Origin: Ruminococcus sp.
Lineage (GTDB): Bacteria > Bacillota > Clostridia > Oscillospirales > Acutalibacteraceae
Length of the DNA stretch: 64,000 bases
Assembly: GCA_017433905.1 (NCBI GenBank)
Contig: JAFRGI010000026.1
Coordinates: 52,790-116,789 of the forward strand
Direction: 5' to 3'
The position numbers and the translations under genes are program-made. The notes under the pieces are model-generated. The model made no database searches. It had not been told where the DNA came from and saw only the letters and a list, made by a program, of their open reading frames with translations. Shown here piece after piece: positions 21,695 to 31,073 of the stretch; positions within the stretch are counted from its first letter, which is position 1; each line of letters opens with the position of its first letter.

Positions 21695-22060
21695 TTAGGC
21701 TGTCCGCCTTTCGTCTTGTTTGGTTTCTTCTGCTGCGTCGGTTGTGTTCGGCAGAGCGAAGGTTCCAATGTAGCGGAAATAGATGTCGATTTGCTGCGAT
21801 GAGGTTTGGCTGTGCTTTTTCTCACGCTCGTGAACAACGATTTTGCTGATGAAGGTTCGCAGTACCTCCGGCGTCAGTTCCTCTACATGAACATATTTCC
21901 TGACAATATCAAGGAACTTCTGCACATTGGTACACTCGCTTTTGAGTGTATCAATTTCTTTTTGCAATCCTGGAATCGCCGCTTCCAGTTCTTTTTGTTC
22001 ATCGTTGTAATCAAGGGATAACATTCTATATTGCTCATCGCTGATACGTCCAAGAACGTT
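21695..22060 (-). pseudogene. C-terminal DUF4368 fragment of a large serine recombinase (TnpX-like)
   Basis: GRISDEQYRMLSLDYNDEQKEL...ELTPEVLRTFISKIVVHE...QQIDIYFRYIG; catalytic N-terminus absent. Confidence 0.82.
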
Positions 22061-22289
22061 AGGCCGCACTGTCAAAATCATTATCTATGAGCCGCTTCAC
22101 GCCGTCTATAACCGTGTGCTTGTTGCCTAAATCAAAAATGGAATTTACAACGTAATCCTTTTTGCCGATAGTGTATAGGTGTTGAGTGATCAGCTGACTG
22201 TTTTCTATCTTGAAGTTAGTTCTCCGATTAATAGCCACCGCCACAGAAGACTGATAGTCCGGTTGAGTTATAATTCTGATTTCATCCAT
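22059..22289 (-). CDS. TnpW-like transposon-encoded protein
   Basis: YTIGKKDYVVNSIF...VIDGVKRLI pattern; lies directly upstream of the recombinase fragment. Confidence 0.65.
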   Translation of the reverse strand: MDEIRIITQPDYQSSVAVAINRRTNFKIENSQLITQHLYTIGKKDYVVNSIFDLGNKHTVIDGVKRLIDNDFDSAA

Positions 22290-22304
22290 TCAAAAATCCT
22301 TTCT

Positions 22305-22681
22305 CTACATACCACCCAGAGTGTTTTTATGCTCATGGTGCGGTTTTTTGTTTGTGATGCAATCTTCGGTGTAAGTGTCGTTGTCGATAATATTCATCAC
22401 GTCTGCAGCCAGATATGCCGAATCAATTCCCAAATCACCAGCAGGATAGTCGTGATAAGAGAAGCTATCGTTTCGCCCTTCGCGATACGCACACACCAGT
22501 CAAGCATCAGCCAAGACTTACCGACCTTCGGGGAGCCGCCGATGATGGCAAGTCCCTGCGGCAACAAATCCTTTATTACAAATTTTGTTGCCGGCAAGTC
22601 CATATCCATCAGTGTTGTACCCTCAACGGAATTGAACATTTTTTTCATTTCTAAATCGTCATACATAGTTTTCACCTCCAA
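22305..22681 (-). pseudogene. AAA-family (RepA-like) ATPase N-terminal fragment joined to the tail of another element gene
   Basis: LLPQGLAIIGGSPKVGKSWLMLD Walker A; similarity ends after RIAKGE; a second frame (22305-22470) reads like a protein C-terminus. Confidence 0.7.
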
Positions 22682-23650
22682 TCTTTTTATGTACCCACCT
22701 CACTTATATGGAGTGGGAAAGGCGTTTTGAGGGGTCATTTTTGAAAACTTTTTTCTGAAAATCGAATTTTCTATGTTCTGCACAAACAGAGAAAGAAAAA
22801 ACTATTTAATTTCACAATAGTTTTTTTCGGAAGTATAACCCTCTCTATCTATTGCACTTAAAACAGCGTTTTCGGGCATTGCTTTTAAGAAAAAGTTAAA
22901 ATCAAATGACACATTCTCTTTTATGCACAAATTATCAAACTCAAATTTAGTTGTTTTCACAACAGAGCTTTTCAAAAACAATCCTCTACCTATTGCACTC
23001 AAATCGATGTTTATTAGACCTGATTTTTAAAATTTTTCAAAAAAATCAGCGTATTATACAAATGACAGAAAAGAAAGCTGTGAAATATCACACGCAAAAT
23101 CATCTCTCTACTTATTGCAGTAAAAACGGTCTTTTCGGACCCATATTTTCAAAAAACATTGTTTACAAAGGTGGTTTCTCTGTTTTGCATAAATTCCGAA
23201 ACCTAATTTTAGTCATTTTTTCAACTGAAAATGGATTTGCTAATAATTCCGTATACTTTGATTACAGCATATTAAATAATTAAAAAAACAAAAAATATAT
23301 TTTCCAAACACCCTTGCAATTTATGATTATGTAATGTACTATACAAACGCTTCACGCGGCTCTTTGTTGTCACACAAAACACATAGCTTCAGTACTGCGA
23401 CATAATCAAAAAGGCACAAGCTTCAGAATCCATCCGGACTCCGGGCTTGTGCCTTTTTACGCCCACAAACCGCGACAAATCCGGTGTGTGGGCTTTGTTG
23501 TGCGATGTCGGGTACATTCTCCAACATTTTACTTGCGCGATACGGGACGAAACAGGGCGCGTCAGTTTTTTGCGCTGCTCATCGCTTCAACTATCAGCCT
23601 TACAGCCAAAGAAAAACCTCGGACAAACGCATTTTTTCAGGATGTAAATT

Positions 23651-24835
23651 TTACTGCAAACCAGTATTCTGAAACGCTTGACTTAAATCTTCTATCAGGT
23701 CGTTCACATCCTCAATTCCTACGCTGAAGCGGAAAAAGCCGTTGTGAAATTCTTCGGGATAGAGATATTGCCGCTCGTCATTTTCACCGAGAAAGACTAT
23801 CAGGCTCTCGTCGTGGCCGAGCGAGACGGCGGAGGTAATGATATTCAGGCTTTGCACAAAACGATTATGCGTATCGTGGTCAGCTTTAAGCCCGAAAGAA
23901 AGCACACCGCCAAAACCGTTTATCATCTGCTTTTTGGCGATTTCGTGACCGTTGTTACCCTCAAGACCCGGATAGGCTACAAAGCTGACGCACGGCTGTT
24001 TTTCTAACCACAGCGCGATTTTGAGCGCGTTGTCGTTATGCCGCTGCATACGTAAAGGCAAAGTTACCGAGCCGCGCATAATCAGCCACGCGTTAAACGG
24101 GCTGATTGTCGCCCCGAGATTCACCTGCGCCTGCGCGCGGACAATATCGAGGTGCTCCTTTTTACCGATAATTGCTCCGCCCATTGCGTCGCCGTGACCG
24201 TTGATATATTTGGTAAGGCTTTCAACAACAAAATCCGCGCCGAGCTCAATCGGGCGCTGACTGTAGGGCGAAGCGAAGGTATTGTCAACAGAGAGCAGGG
24301 CTCCGTTTTCGTGGGCGATTTTTGCAATCTCCTCTATGTCGGAAACGCTGAGGGTCGGATTGCCCGGTGTTTCGATATGTATCAGCTTGGTGTTTGATTT
24401 AACGGCAGCCCTGACGGCTTCCAAATCGCTGGTATCAACAATGGTTGTTTCAACCTTAAATTTATTGTTAAAAAGCTCATTGAGCAGTCGGTAAACGGCG
24501 ATGTATGTAACGCTTGAAAAGATGACGTGATCGCCTGTTCGCAGCAGCGAAAAAAACAGTCCCGACAGCGCGGCTACTCCGCTTGCGAGCACTACGCAGT
24601 CCTCGCCGCCTTCAAGAGAAGCGAGCTTTTCCTGCAAATATTTTTGGTTCGCTCCGCCGTTACGCGTATATAAATTGCCGCCAGCCGACGACCAGTTCAT
24701 GTCGGTGGGGTCATACGGCAGGGCGTAGCTGTTAGCCATTGTAATAGGACGGCGGATAGCGCCCGTTTCTTTATCAATCTCGTTGCCGATGTGTACGGCA
24801 CGGGTAGAAAAATCCAAATTATTATGCTGTGACAT
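23651..24835 (-). CDS. PLP-dependent Cys/Met metabolism enzyme (cystathionine gamma-synthase/lyase or methionine gamma-lyase family)
   Basis: YTRNG, LASGVAA, ETPGNP, VDNTFASP, SLTKYINGHGD, AVSLG, FRFSVGIED. Confidence 0.9.
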   Translation of the reverse strand: MSQHNNLDFSTRAVHIGNEIDKETGAIRRPITMANSYALPYDPTDMNWSSAGGNLYTRNGGANQKYLQEKLASLEGGEDCVVLASGVAALSGLFFSLLRTGDHVIFSSVTYIAVYRLLNELFNNKFKVETTIVDTSDLEAVRAAVKSNTKLIHIETPGNPTLSVSDIEEIAKIAHENGALLSVDNTFASPYSQRPIELGADFVVESLTKYINGHGDAMGGAIIGKKEHLDIVRAQAQVNLGATISPFNAWLIMRGSVTLPLRMQRHNDNALKIALWLEKQPCVSFVAYPGLEGNNGHEIAKKQMINGFGGVLSFGLKADHDTHNRFVQSLNIITSAVSLGHDESLIVFLGENDERQYLYPEEFHNGFFRFSVGIEDVNDLIEDLSQAFQNTGLQ

Positions 24836-25358
24836 CTTTTGTATTCCTCCTTAACAGCTTTTGCCTGAAGCTGCGGATATTACCCGAAGTAAATCCCATC
24901 GGGCAGATTGTGCACCATTGGCGCGGCGTGAATAAAATTCCGTTAATGATTGCCAATACGGTTGCTGTTTCCATAAAAATTAGTACTGCAAAACCAAGCG
25001 CATCAATTCCGCGCGGAACAACAAGTATCAGCATAACGGCAAAGCTTCCCATCATAACGCCCCACAGCAGAGGGCAAAACCATTTTTTATAATATAATTT
25101 CGGACGATTTAAGCCGAAATTTACTATCGCTCCGATTTTACCAATCAGAGAGCCGCGCGGACAGATTCGCGCACAGTGCATTTTTCCTCTGCCCGAAATT
25201 GCGATAATGATAGGCGTAAACATACACACAAATCCGAACAAACCGAATGGATGCCAGAAATTTGCCGCTGTCATCCACAGGACAGAGATAATCCAAGACC
25301 AATCCTGTATGCTCGGAATCCACTTTTTGCCGCCTACGGTAATACTCTTTTTCCTCAT
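24822..25358 (-). CDS. Small membrane protein with two CxxxCP motifs (NapH/MauN-like 4Fe-4S binding)
   Basis: About 4 hydrophobic helices, HCARICPRG and WCTICPMG. Confidence 0.78.
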   Translation of the reverse strand: MRKKSITVGGKKWIPSIQDWSWIISVLWMTAANFWHPFGLFGFVCMFTPIIIAISGRGKMHCARICPRGSLIGKIGAIVNFGLNRPKLYYKKWFCPLLWGVMMGSFAVMLILVVPRGIDALGFAVLIFMETATVLAIINGILFTPRQWCTICPMGFTSGNIRSFRQKLLRRNTKDVTA

Positions 25359-25369
25359 AACTTGCCTCA

Positions 25370-26074
25370 CTATTTGCTTTTCAGCCGCTTGTCGGTGGAT
25401 TTCGCAAGGCGGGTGCCGACGCTTTGGAACAACTGCACCAGCAGCACCAAAATCACAACGGCAATCAGCATTACCAAATATTTATAGCGGTAATAGCCGT
25501 AGTTAATAGCGATTTTTCCCAAACCGCCTCCGCCGATGATGCCGCTCATAGCCGTGTAGCCGAGCACGGTTGTGACGGCTATTGTGACATTTGAAATCAG
25601 CGAGGGCACGCTTTCGGGTATCATCACCTTCGTAATAATCCGAAAAGGCGACGCGCCCATGCTCTGCGCGGCTTCTATGATGTTGGGGTTTATCTCGCGC
25701 AGGCTGCTTTCGACCAGTCTTGCGACGAACGGAAACGCCGCGATAACAAGCGGAACAATGGACGCCGTGGTGCCGACGATGGTGCCGACTATCAGGCGCG
25801 TCAGAGGGAATACCAATATCATGAGAATCAAAAACGGCACGGAACGAAGCACGTTAATCAGCACGTTCAAAAATCCCATAAAAGGCTTCGGCAAAGGCAG
25901 AATTCCGTCCTTTTCGCCGACCACAAGCAAAACGCCGAGCGGCAGACCGATGATAACCGCAAAGAGGGTGGCGAGAACGGTGACGTAAAAGGTCTCCCAC
26001 AACGCGAGCGGCATATCGTTTATGACAATATCCCATGTTTCCTGCAACACCTCTTGTGAAAACAAATCTCCCAT
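25370..26074 (-). CDS. metI: Methionine ABC transporter permease
   Basis: RSVPFLILMI, PFVARLVESSL, GGGGLG, YGYYRY. Confidence 0.92.
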   Translation of the reverse strand: MGDLFSQEVLQETWDIVINDMPLALWETFYVTVLATLFAVIIGLPLGVLLVVGEKDGILPLPKPFMGFLNVLINVLRSVPFLILMILVFPLTRLIVGTIVGTTASIVPLVIAAFPFVARLVESSLREINPNIIEAAQSMGASPFRIITKVMIPESVPSLISNVTIAVTTVLGYTAMSGIIGGGGLGKIAINYGYYRYKYLVMLIAVVILVLLVQLFQSVGTRLAKSTDKRLKSK

Positions 26075-27075
26075 TACTTTACCTCCTCTACCGTAATACC
26101 GTTTAATGCACGCAAATAATCTGCCGCTCTCGCGGCGGTAACGCCGTCATTCGGAAAGCTGAGCAGCATACTGCCGAACGCCTTGTCGCCGACGCTCTTT
26201 GTAGAGGCGTACAGTATGTTGGCGCAAACGCCAATTTCTACCGCCATTTTGGCAATCAGCGGCGTATTGGTGGATGATGAACCGTTGAACACCACACGCA
26301 GAACATCCTGCGAATCCTTGCGTATTAAAAGTGCGTTCTCGCCGTCGGGGAACACCAAATGCTTTGCGGCCTTTGACTTTGGCGCACTGAAAATGCGGTT
26401 GACCGTGCCTTGTTCCACTACCTCGCCGTCCTCCAAAATCGCCACATTGCGGCAGATTTCCTCAATCACACTCATCTGATGTGTGATGATGACAACGGTA
26501 ATGCCGAGCTTTTCGTTAATCTCCTTAATCAGTGAGAGAATTGACTGTGTCGTTTTGGGGTCGAGCGCCGAGGTCGCTTCGTCGCACAGAAGAACCTTTG
26601 GGTTTGTTGCAAGTGCTCTCGCAATAGCTACACGCTGCTGCTGGCCGCCCGAAAGCTGCGCGGGATAGGAATTCGCCTTGTCGCGCAGGCCGACAATTTC
26701 CAAGAGCTCCAACGCGCGCTTTTTGGCTTCTTTACCGTATTTGCCCTCCAGCTCCAGCGGAAAGCATACGTTTTTCAGACAAGTACGCTGCATAAGCAGA
26801 TTAAAGCCCTGAAATATCATCGTGATGTCGCGGCGGATGTTTCTGAGTTCTTTATTACTGAGTGTACTTAAATCCACACCGTCCACCCAAACGCTGCCGG
26901 AGGTGGGGCGTTCCAATAAATTAATACACCGCACAAGGGTGCTTTTTCCAGCTCCGCTCATACCGATTATACCGAAAATATCGCCGTCCTGAATAGTGAT
27001 GTTGATGTTTTTCAGTGCGTCGAGCGTTCCGTCGGGCGTGGAGAAGGTTTTGGAAAGATTTTTTAATTCTATCAT
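26074..27075 (-). CDS. metN: Methionine ABC transporter ATP-binding protein
   Basis: GMSGAGKST, LSGGQQQR, LLCDEATSALDP, C-terminal NIL-like domain. Confidence 0.93.
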   Translation of the reverse strand: MIELKNLSKTFSTPDGTLDALKNINITIQDGDIFGIIGMSGAGKSTLVRCINLLERPTSGSVWVDGVDLSTLSNKELRNIRRDITMIFQGFNLLMQRTCLKNVCFPLELEGKYGKEAKKRALELLEIVGLRDKANSYPAQLSGGQQQRVAIARALATNPKVLLCDEATSALDPKTTQSILSLIKEINEKLGITVVIITHQMSVIEEICRNVAILEDGEVVEQGTVNRIFSAPKSKAAKHLVFPDGENALLIRKDSQDVLRVVFNGSSSTNTPLIAKMAVEIGVCANILYASTKSVGDKAFGSMLLSFPNDGVTAARAADYLRALNGITVEEVK

Positions 27076-27169
27076 GAGGCTGCCTTTCTATAGGTGTTGC
27101 CTATAACATTTTTTGAAAATGCGCCGACCGTAACAAAACAGTCGGCGCGAAAGAAAAGGGATGTAAAAC

Positions 27170-28024
27170 TTATTTGAGTGCGTCAACGGTTGTCTGCTTG
27201 CCGCCGTAAAGACCGAGGGGTTCCACGTGAATCGTCGCTATGGAAACAAGCTTTGTACCGTTTTCGGCGTTGAAGTCCTCGAGATAAGGGAGATGCTGGA
27301 AGTAGTTTGCGTCGAGCTCGCCGCTGTTTACAACGTTGTTCAGCTGAACGTAGTCGGTATATTCCTTGATGTCAAGCGTAATATCCTTCTCCTTGAGTAT
27401 ATCCTTTACAACCGCCAGAATTTCGGCGTGAGGTGTAGGAGAAGCCGCTATAGTGATTTTTTCTCCCTTTATCGCGTTATAGTCGATTGAGGAATCGTAG
27501 CCGTCTGTGGGGTTGGCAACAACGCTTACAACAGAGCCGTCGTATTTTTTATTGATGAAATCTACAACCTTCTGACTTTCGAGCGCCGCCTTTAACGCGA
27601 GCAGCTTGGGCTCTTTTTCCCTGCCTTCCTTGACGACAAGGATGTTGCCGTAGGCTGACGCCGAGCCCTCAATGCCGAGCGAATCCTTAACGGGGTTTAA
27701 GCCTGCCTCGATTGCATAGTTTGAATTGATGACAGCGTAGTCCACATCCTGCTTTGCGTTGGGAACCTGAGCCGCCTCTACCTCCTTGAACTCAATGTTT
27801 TTCGGGTTTTCGGCAATATCCTTCGGCGTAGCGGCAATACCGGCGCCGTCCTTGAGCTTGATGTAACCGAGCTGATCTAAAAGCAGAAGTGCTCTTGCTT
27901 CGTTTGTGGTATCGTTGGGAATTGCGATTGTGAGTGTTTTTGAGGTTGACGAGCAGCCTGCAAAAGCGATTGCAGAGGTGAGTATCAGTACTGCTGCCAA
28001 TATAATTGCTGTGATTTTTTTCAT
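27170..28024 (-). CDS. metQ: MetQ/NlpA methionine-binding lipoprotein, circularly permuted
   Basis: Lipobox FAGC; PNDTTNEARALLLL, INSNYA, ASPTPHAEIL, DANYFQH and HVEPLGLY all present but with the two halves swapped. Confidence 0.88.
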   Translation of the reverse strand: MKKITAIILAAVLILTSAIAFAGCSSTSKTLTIAIPNDTTNEARALLLLDQLGYIKLKDGAGIAATPKDIAENPKNIEFKEVEAAQVPNAKQDVDYAVINSNYAIEAGLNPVKDSLGIEGSASAYGNILVVKEGREKEPKLLALKAALESQKVVDFINKKYDGSVVSVVANPTDGYDSSIDYNAIKGEKITIAASPTPHAEILAVVKDILKEKDITLDIKEYTDYVQLNNVVNSGELDANYFQHLPYLEDFNAENGTKLVSIATIHVEPLGLYGGKQTTVDALK

Positions 28025-28052
28025 GATGATTACTCCTATATAATTATTTATG

Positions 28053-28958
28053 TTAGTTCACCTTGCCGCCTTCGACTACAAGCTTTTCCTCGTAATCAGA
28101 GCCGTAAGTGCCTGTGAGGGTTGCTTCATAGTCGGCGTGGAAGAAGTTTTCCTTGCCGAGTGCTTCGATTTCGCTGTTAATCCAATCAAGCAGCGTTTTG
28201 TTGCCCTTTGAAACAGCAGGAGCGATGGTGTCCTTGCTGCCGAGCTCGGGAATACCGACGGTGTAGCCCTTATTTTGAAGTGCGTATGCGATAACCTCGG
28301 TGTTATCGTTTGCCCACGCGGCAGCCTGACCGTTTTCAAGCGCGGTTTTCGCGTTGGCGTAAGTGTCGTACTTCTGGAGCTTGATGTTGGGATATTTTTC
28401 GGTGAGATAAGTCTCGGCGGTTGTGCCTGTGATAACAATAACCTCGTCGTCGGCTTTGAGCTCGTCAAGGCTCTTGATAACTCTGCTGTCGGGGGAAACA
28501 ACGCCGAGGGCTACGTTCATATAGGGCAGAGCAAAGTCAACCTTTTCGGCTCTTTCATCGGTTACGGTAAAGTTCGCTAAAACAACATCAACCTTGCCGG
28601 TCTCTAAAAACTCTACGCGGCTTGCCGCTTCGGTGGACACAAATTCTACGTCAACGCCCAAATCTTTTACAAGGCGGTTTGCAAAGTAAACGTCATAGCC
28701 CTGATATTCGCCGTTTTCATCTACATAACCAAAGGGGTTTTTGTCGGAGAATACGCCGATTTTAATTTTTCCGCTGCTCTTGATTTCGTCAAGCGTGCGG
28801 TAAACAACGTCTGCCGTGCTGCTATCCGCCTTATCAGCAGTGCTTGCTGTGCTGTTTGACGTGCCGCTTTCATTGCCTGCGCAGCCGGCAAAAGACGCGA
28901 TTAGCAGGACAGCTGCCGAGAGAATTGTCAATACTTTTACAAAAATAGATTTTTTCAT
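28053..28958 (-). CDS. Polar amino acid (probably cysteine, CjaA-like) ABC substrate-binding lipoprotein
   Basis: Lipobox FAGC; IGVFSDKNPFGY, LANFTVTDERAEKVDFALPYM. Confidence 0.88.
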   Translation of the reverse strand: MKKSIFVKVLTILSAAVLLIASFAGCAGNESGTSNSTASTADKADSSTADVVYRTLDEIKSSGKIKIGVFSDKNPFGYVDENGEYQGYDVYFANRLVKDLGVDVEFVSTEAASRVEFLETGKVDVVLANFTVTDERAEKVDFALPYMNVALGVVSPDSRVIKSLDELKADDEVIVITGTTAETYLTEKYPNIKLQKYDTYANAKTALENGQAAAWANDNTEVIAYALQNKGYTVGIPELGSKDTIAPAVSKGNKTLLDWINSEIEALGKENFFHADYEATLTGTYGSDYEEKLVVEGGKVN

Positions 28959-28980
28959 ATAAATCTTCCTTTCAATTATT

Positions 28981-29730
28981 TTATTTAATATGTTCAAACT
29001 CAAACGTGTGCAGGAATTTTTGCGCGCGTTCGGTTTTCGGATGGTTAAAGAATGTGTGCGGCGCGCCTTCCTCAACAATTTCGCCGTTATCAAGGAAGAT
29101 TACGCGGTCGCTGACAGCTTTCGCAAATTCCATTTCGTGGGTGACAATCAGCATAGTGCTGCCCTGACGGGCAAGCTCCAGCATTGTGTCAAGCACCTCG
29201 CGCACCATTTCGGGATCAAGTGCGGCGGTAACCTCGTCAAAGAGCATTACCTCCGGGTGCATACACAACGCTCGGACGATTGCAACACGCTGTTTTTGTC
29301 CGCCTGAAAGCTGACGCGGATAGCTGTCTTTTTTATCTGAAAGTCCGACCTTGTCAAGAAGCTGTTCGGCTTCGGCGACCGCCTCTTTTTTGTCACGCTT
29401 TTGAACAAGCGTCGGAGCGAGAATAATATTCTGTAAAACGGTCTTGTGCGGAAACAGGTCGTAGCTTTGAAACACCATTCCAACGCGCTGCCTCAGCTTT
29501 GTGATTGTCTTTGATTTGCTGTCAATAATTTCATCATCCAGCTTTATCACACCGCTCTGAATCGGCTCCAAGCCGTTAATGCAGCGCAGCAGCGTGCTCT
29601 TGCCGCAGCCGGACGGCCCGATAATCACGATAACCTCGCCCTTTCGGACACTGAGGTTAAAGTCCTTTAAAATCACATTGCCGTCATAGCTTTTCGTCAA
29701 ATGCTCAATTTTCAGAAGTGTGTTCGCCAT
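28981..29730 (-). CDS. Polar amino acid ABC transporter ATP-binding protein
   Basis: [28 protein letters not shown]. Confidence 0.92.
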   Translation of the reverse strand: MANTLLKIEHLTKSYDGNVILKDFNLSVRKGEVIVIIGPSGCGKSTLLRCINGLEPIQSGVIKLDDEIIDSKSKTITKLRQRVGMVFQSYDLFPHKTVLQNIILAPTLVQKRDKKEAVAEAEQLLDKVGLSDKKDSYPRQLSGGQKQRVAIVRALCMHPEVMLFDEVTAALDPEMVREVLDTMLELARQGSTMLIVTHEMEFAKAVSDRVIFLDNGEIVEEGAPHTFFNHPKTERAQKFLHTFEFEHIK

Positions 29731-30407
29731 TAGTTGCTCCACTTCCTTTCCAAGTGCTTTGCCAGTATGCTGAACGGCCAGCAGGCGATAAAATACAAAA
29801 CAAAAACCGTTAAATAAATTCCAAACGCGGCATTGGGAGAGGTCATTCGGTTGGCTTCAATAATCTGCTGGCTGACCTTAAGCACCTCCACCACGCCGAT
29901 CATCATGACGAGGCTGGTGGTTTTTATCATTCGGGTAATCAAATTGATTGAGAGCGGAACAAGCTGACGTACCGCCTGCGGAATGATGATAGTAAAATAG
30001 GTTTGAGATTTTGTCATACCAAGCGCGAACGCGCTTTCATACTGATGCTTAGGCACGCTGATAACCGCGCCGCGCACCAAATCGCCCATTTCTGCCGTGC
30101 CCCAAAAGGCAAACACAATGATTGAAGCTGCTTCGGCGTTAAGGTCCCAGCCGAACACCCTTGTCGTACCGAAAAAGACTAAAAACAACAGCACCATCTG
30201 CGGCATAATGCGGACAATTTCAAGATAAATCCGCGACAATGCTCTGATTGCAGGATTACGGAACGTCATCAGTATTCCGAACAGCACACCGAGAATTAGG
30301 CTTAATGCGACTGCAATCAGGCTGATTTCCAGCGCCTTCCATAAGCCGCCCAAAAGCCGCAGAAGGTTGCTTCCCTTAAACAGCACGTCAAGTCCCAAAG
30401 CTTGCAT
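29730..30407 (-). CDS. Polar amino acid ABC transporter permease
   Basis: [10 protein letters not shown]...[13 protein letters not shown] loop. Confidence 0.9.
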   Translation of the reverse strand: MQALGLDVLFKGSNLLRLLGGLWKALEISLIAVALSLILGVLFGILMTFRNPAIRALSRIYLEIVRIMPQMVLLFLVFFGTTRVFGWDLNAEAASIIVFAFWGTAEMGDLVRGAVISVPKHQYESAFALGMTKSQTYFTIIIPQAVRQLVPLSINLITRMIKTTSLVMMIGVVEVLKVSQQIIEANRMTSPNAAFGIYLTVFVLYFIACWPFSILAKHLERKWSN

Positions 30408-31047
30408 AGCGCAGCCTCCTCTCCAGCACTGTGCCGAGAATAGACACCGGCAGCAGAATGATGAGATAAAAAACGACAAGCAGCGCCAAATATTCCGCCG
30501 TATTGTAATACAGACCGATTAAATCTTTTGCGCGGAACATCAAATCCATCAGGCTGATTGCGCTAAACACGCTGGTTTCCTTTAGCAAAAAGATTATATT
30601 TGCCACGAAAGCAGGTGTGCTGTACGATAAAGCCTGTGGCAATATAACGTGAATCATCACCTGAAAATCTGTCATTCCCAAGCTCAGCGCGCTCTCGCGC
30701 TGCACACTGTCAATTGCCTCAATGCCGCTGCGGAAAGCTTCGCTCATATAACTGCCGCCAAGCAATCCCAAGCCAAGCCAGCCGCAAACCTCGGCGGAGA
30801 TTTTTACGCCGATTTTCGGCAGCGCAAAATACAGAAAAAACAGTTGAATTAAAAGCGGCGTGTTACGAAATATTTCAATGTAGATTTTGAAAATCACGCT
30901 CAGCACCGGAATACGAAAGTGAATGACAACCGCCGATACCAAGCCGATAAGCGTTGCAAGCGCTACGCCAATCCAACCGATTTTAAGCGTCAGCAGCATT
31001 GCGTCCCAATATAACGGAATACTTTTTGATATTACGTTCCAATCCAT
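30388..31047 (-). CDS. Polar amino acid ABC transporter permease
   Basis: FRNTPLLIQL, YMSEAFRSG, QRESALSLG, LLKETS. Confidence 0.92.
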   Translation of the reverse strand: MDWNVISKSIPLYWDAMLLTLKIGWIGVALATLIGLVSAVVIHFRIPVLSVIFKIYIEIFRNTPLLIQLFFLYFALPKIGVKISAEVCGWLGLGLLGGSYMSEAFRSGIEAIDSVQRESALSLGMTDFQVMIHVILPQALSYSTPAFVANIIFLLKETSVFSAISLMDLMFRAKDLIGLYYNTAEYLALLVVFYLIILLPVSILGTVLERRLRYASFGT

Positions 31048-31073
31048 TCTGCCGCCCCCTAATTTGAATTAAG

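Larger units (their letters stand above)
21660..23640 (-). mobile_element. Decayed serine-recombinase integrative mobilisable element backbone
   Basis: Fragments of AAA ATPase, TnpW-like and DUF4368 recombinase genes in the usual order, plus an AT-rich non-coding block; boundaries approximate. Confidence 0.7.

Noticed and set aside
22841-23140. CRISPR array
   Set aside because: Repeats are too degenerate, the intervening sequences are ~85-105 bp, and there are no cas genes; kept as a different kind of finding.
22802-23727. Short ORFs in the AT-rich block
   Set aside because: No RBS or family motifs, non-ATG starts, and they overlap repeats and hairpins that are better explained as non-coding.
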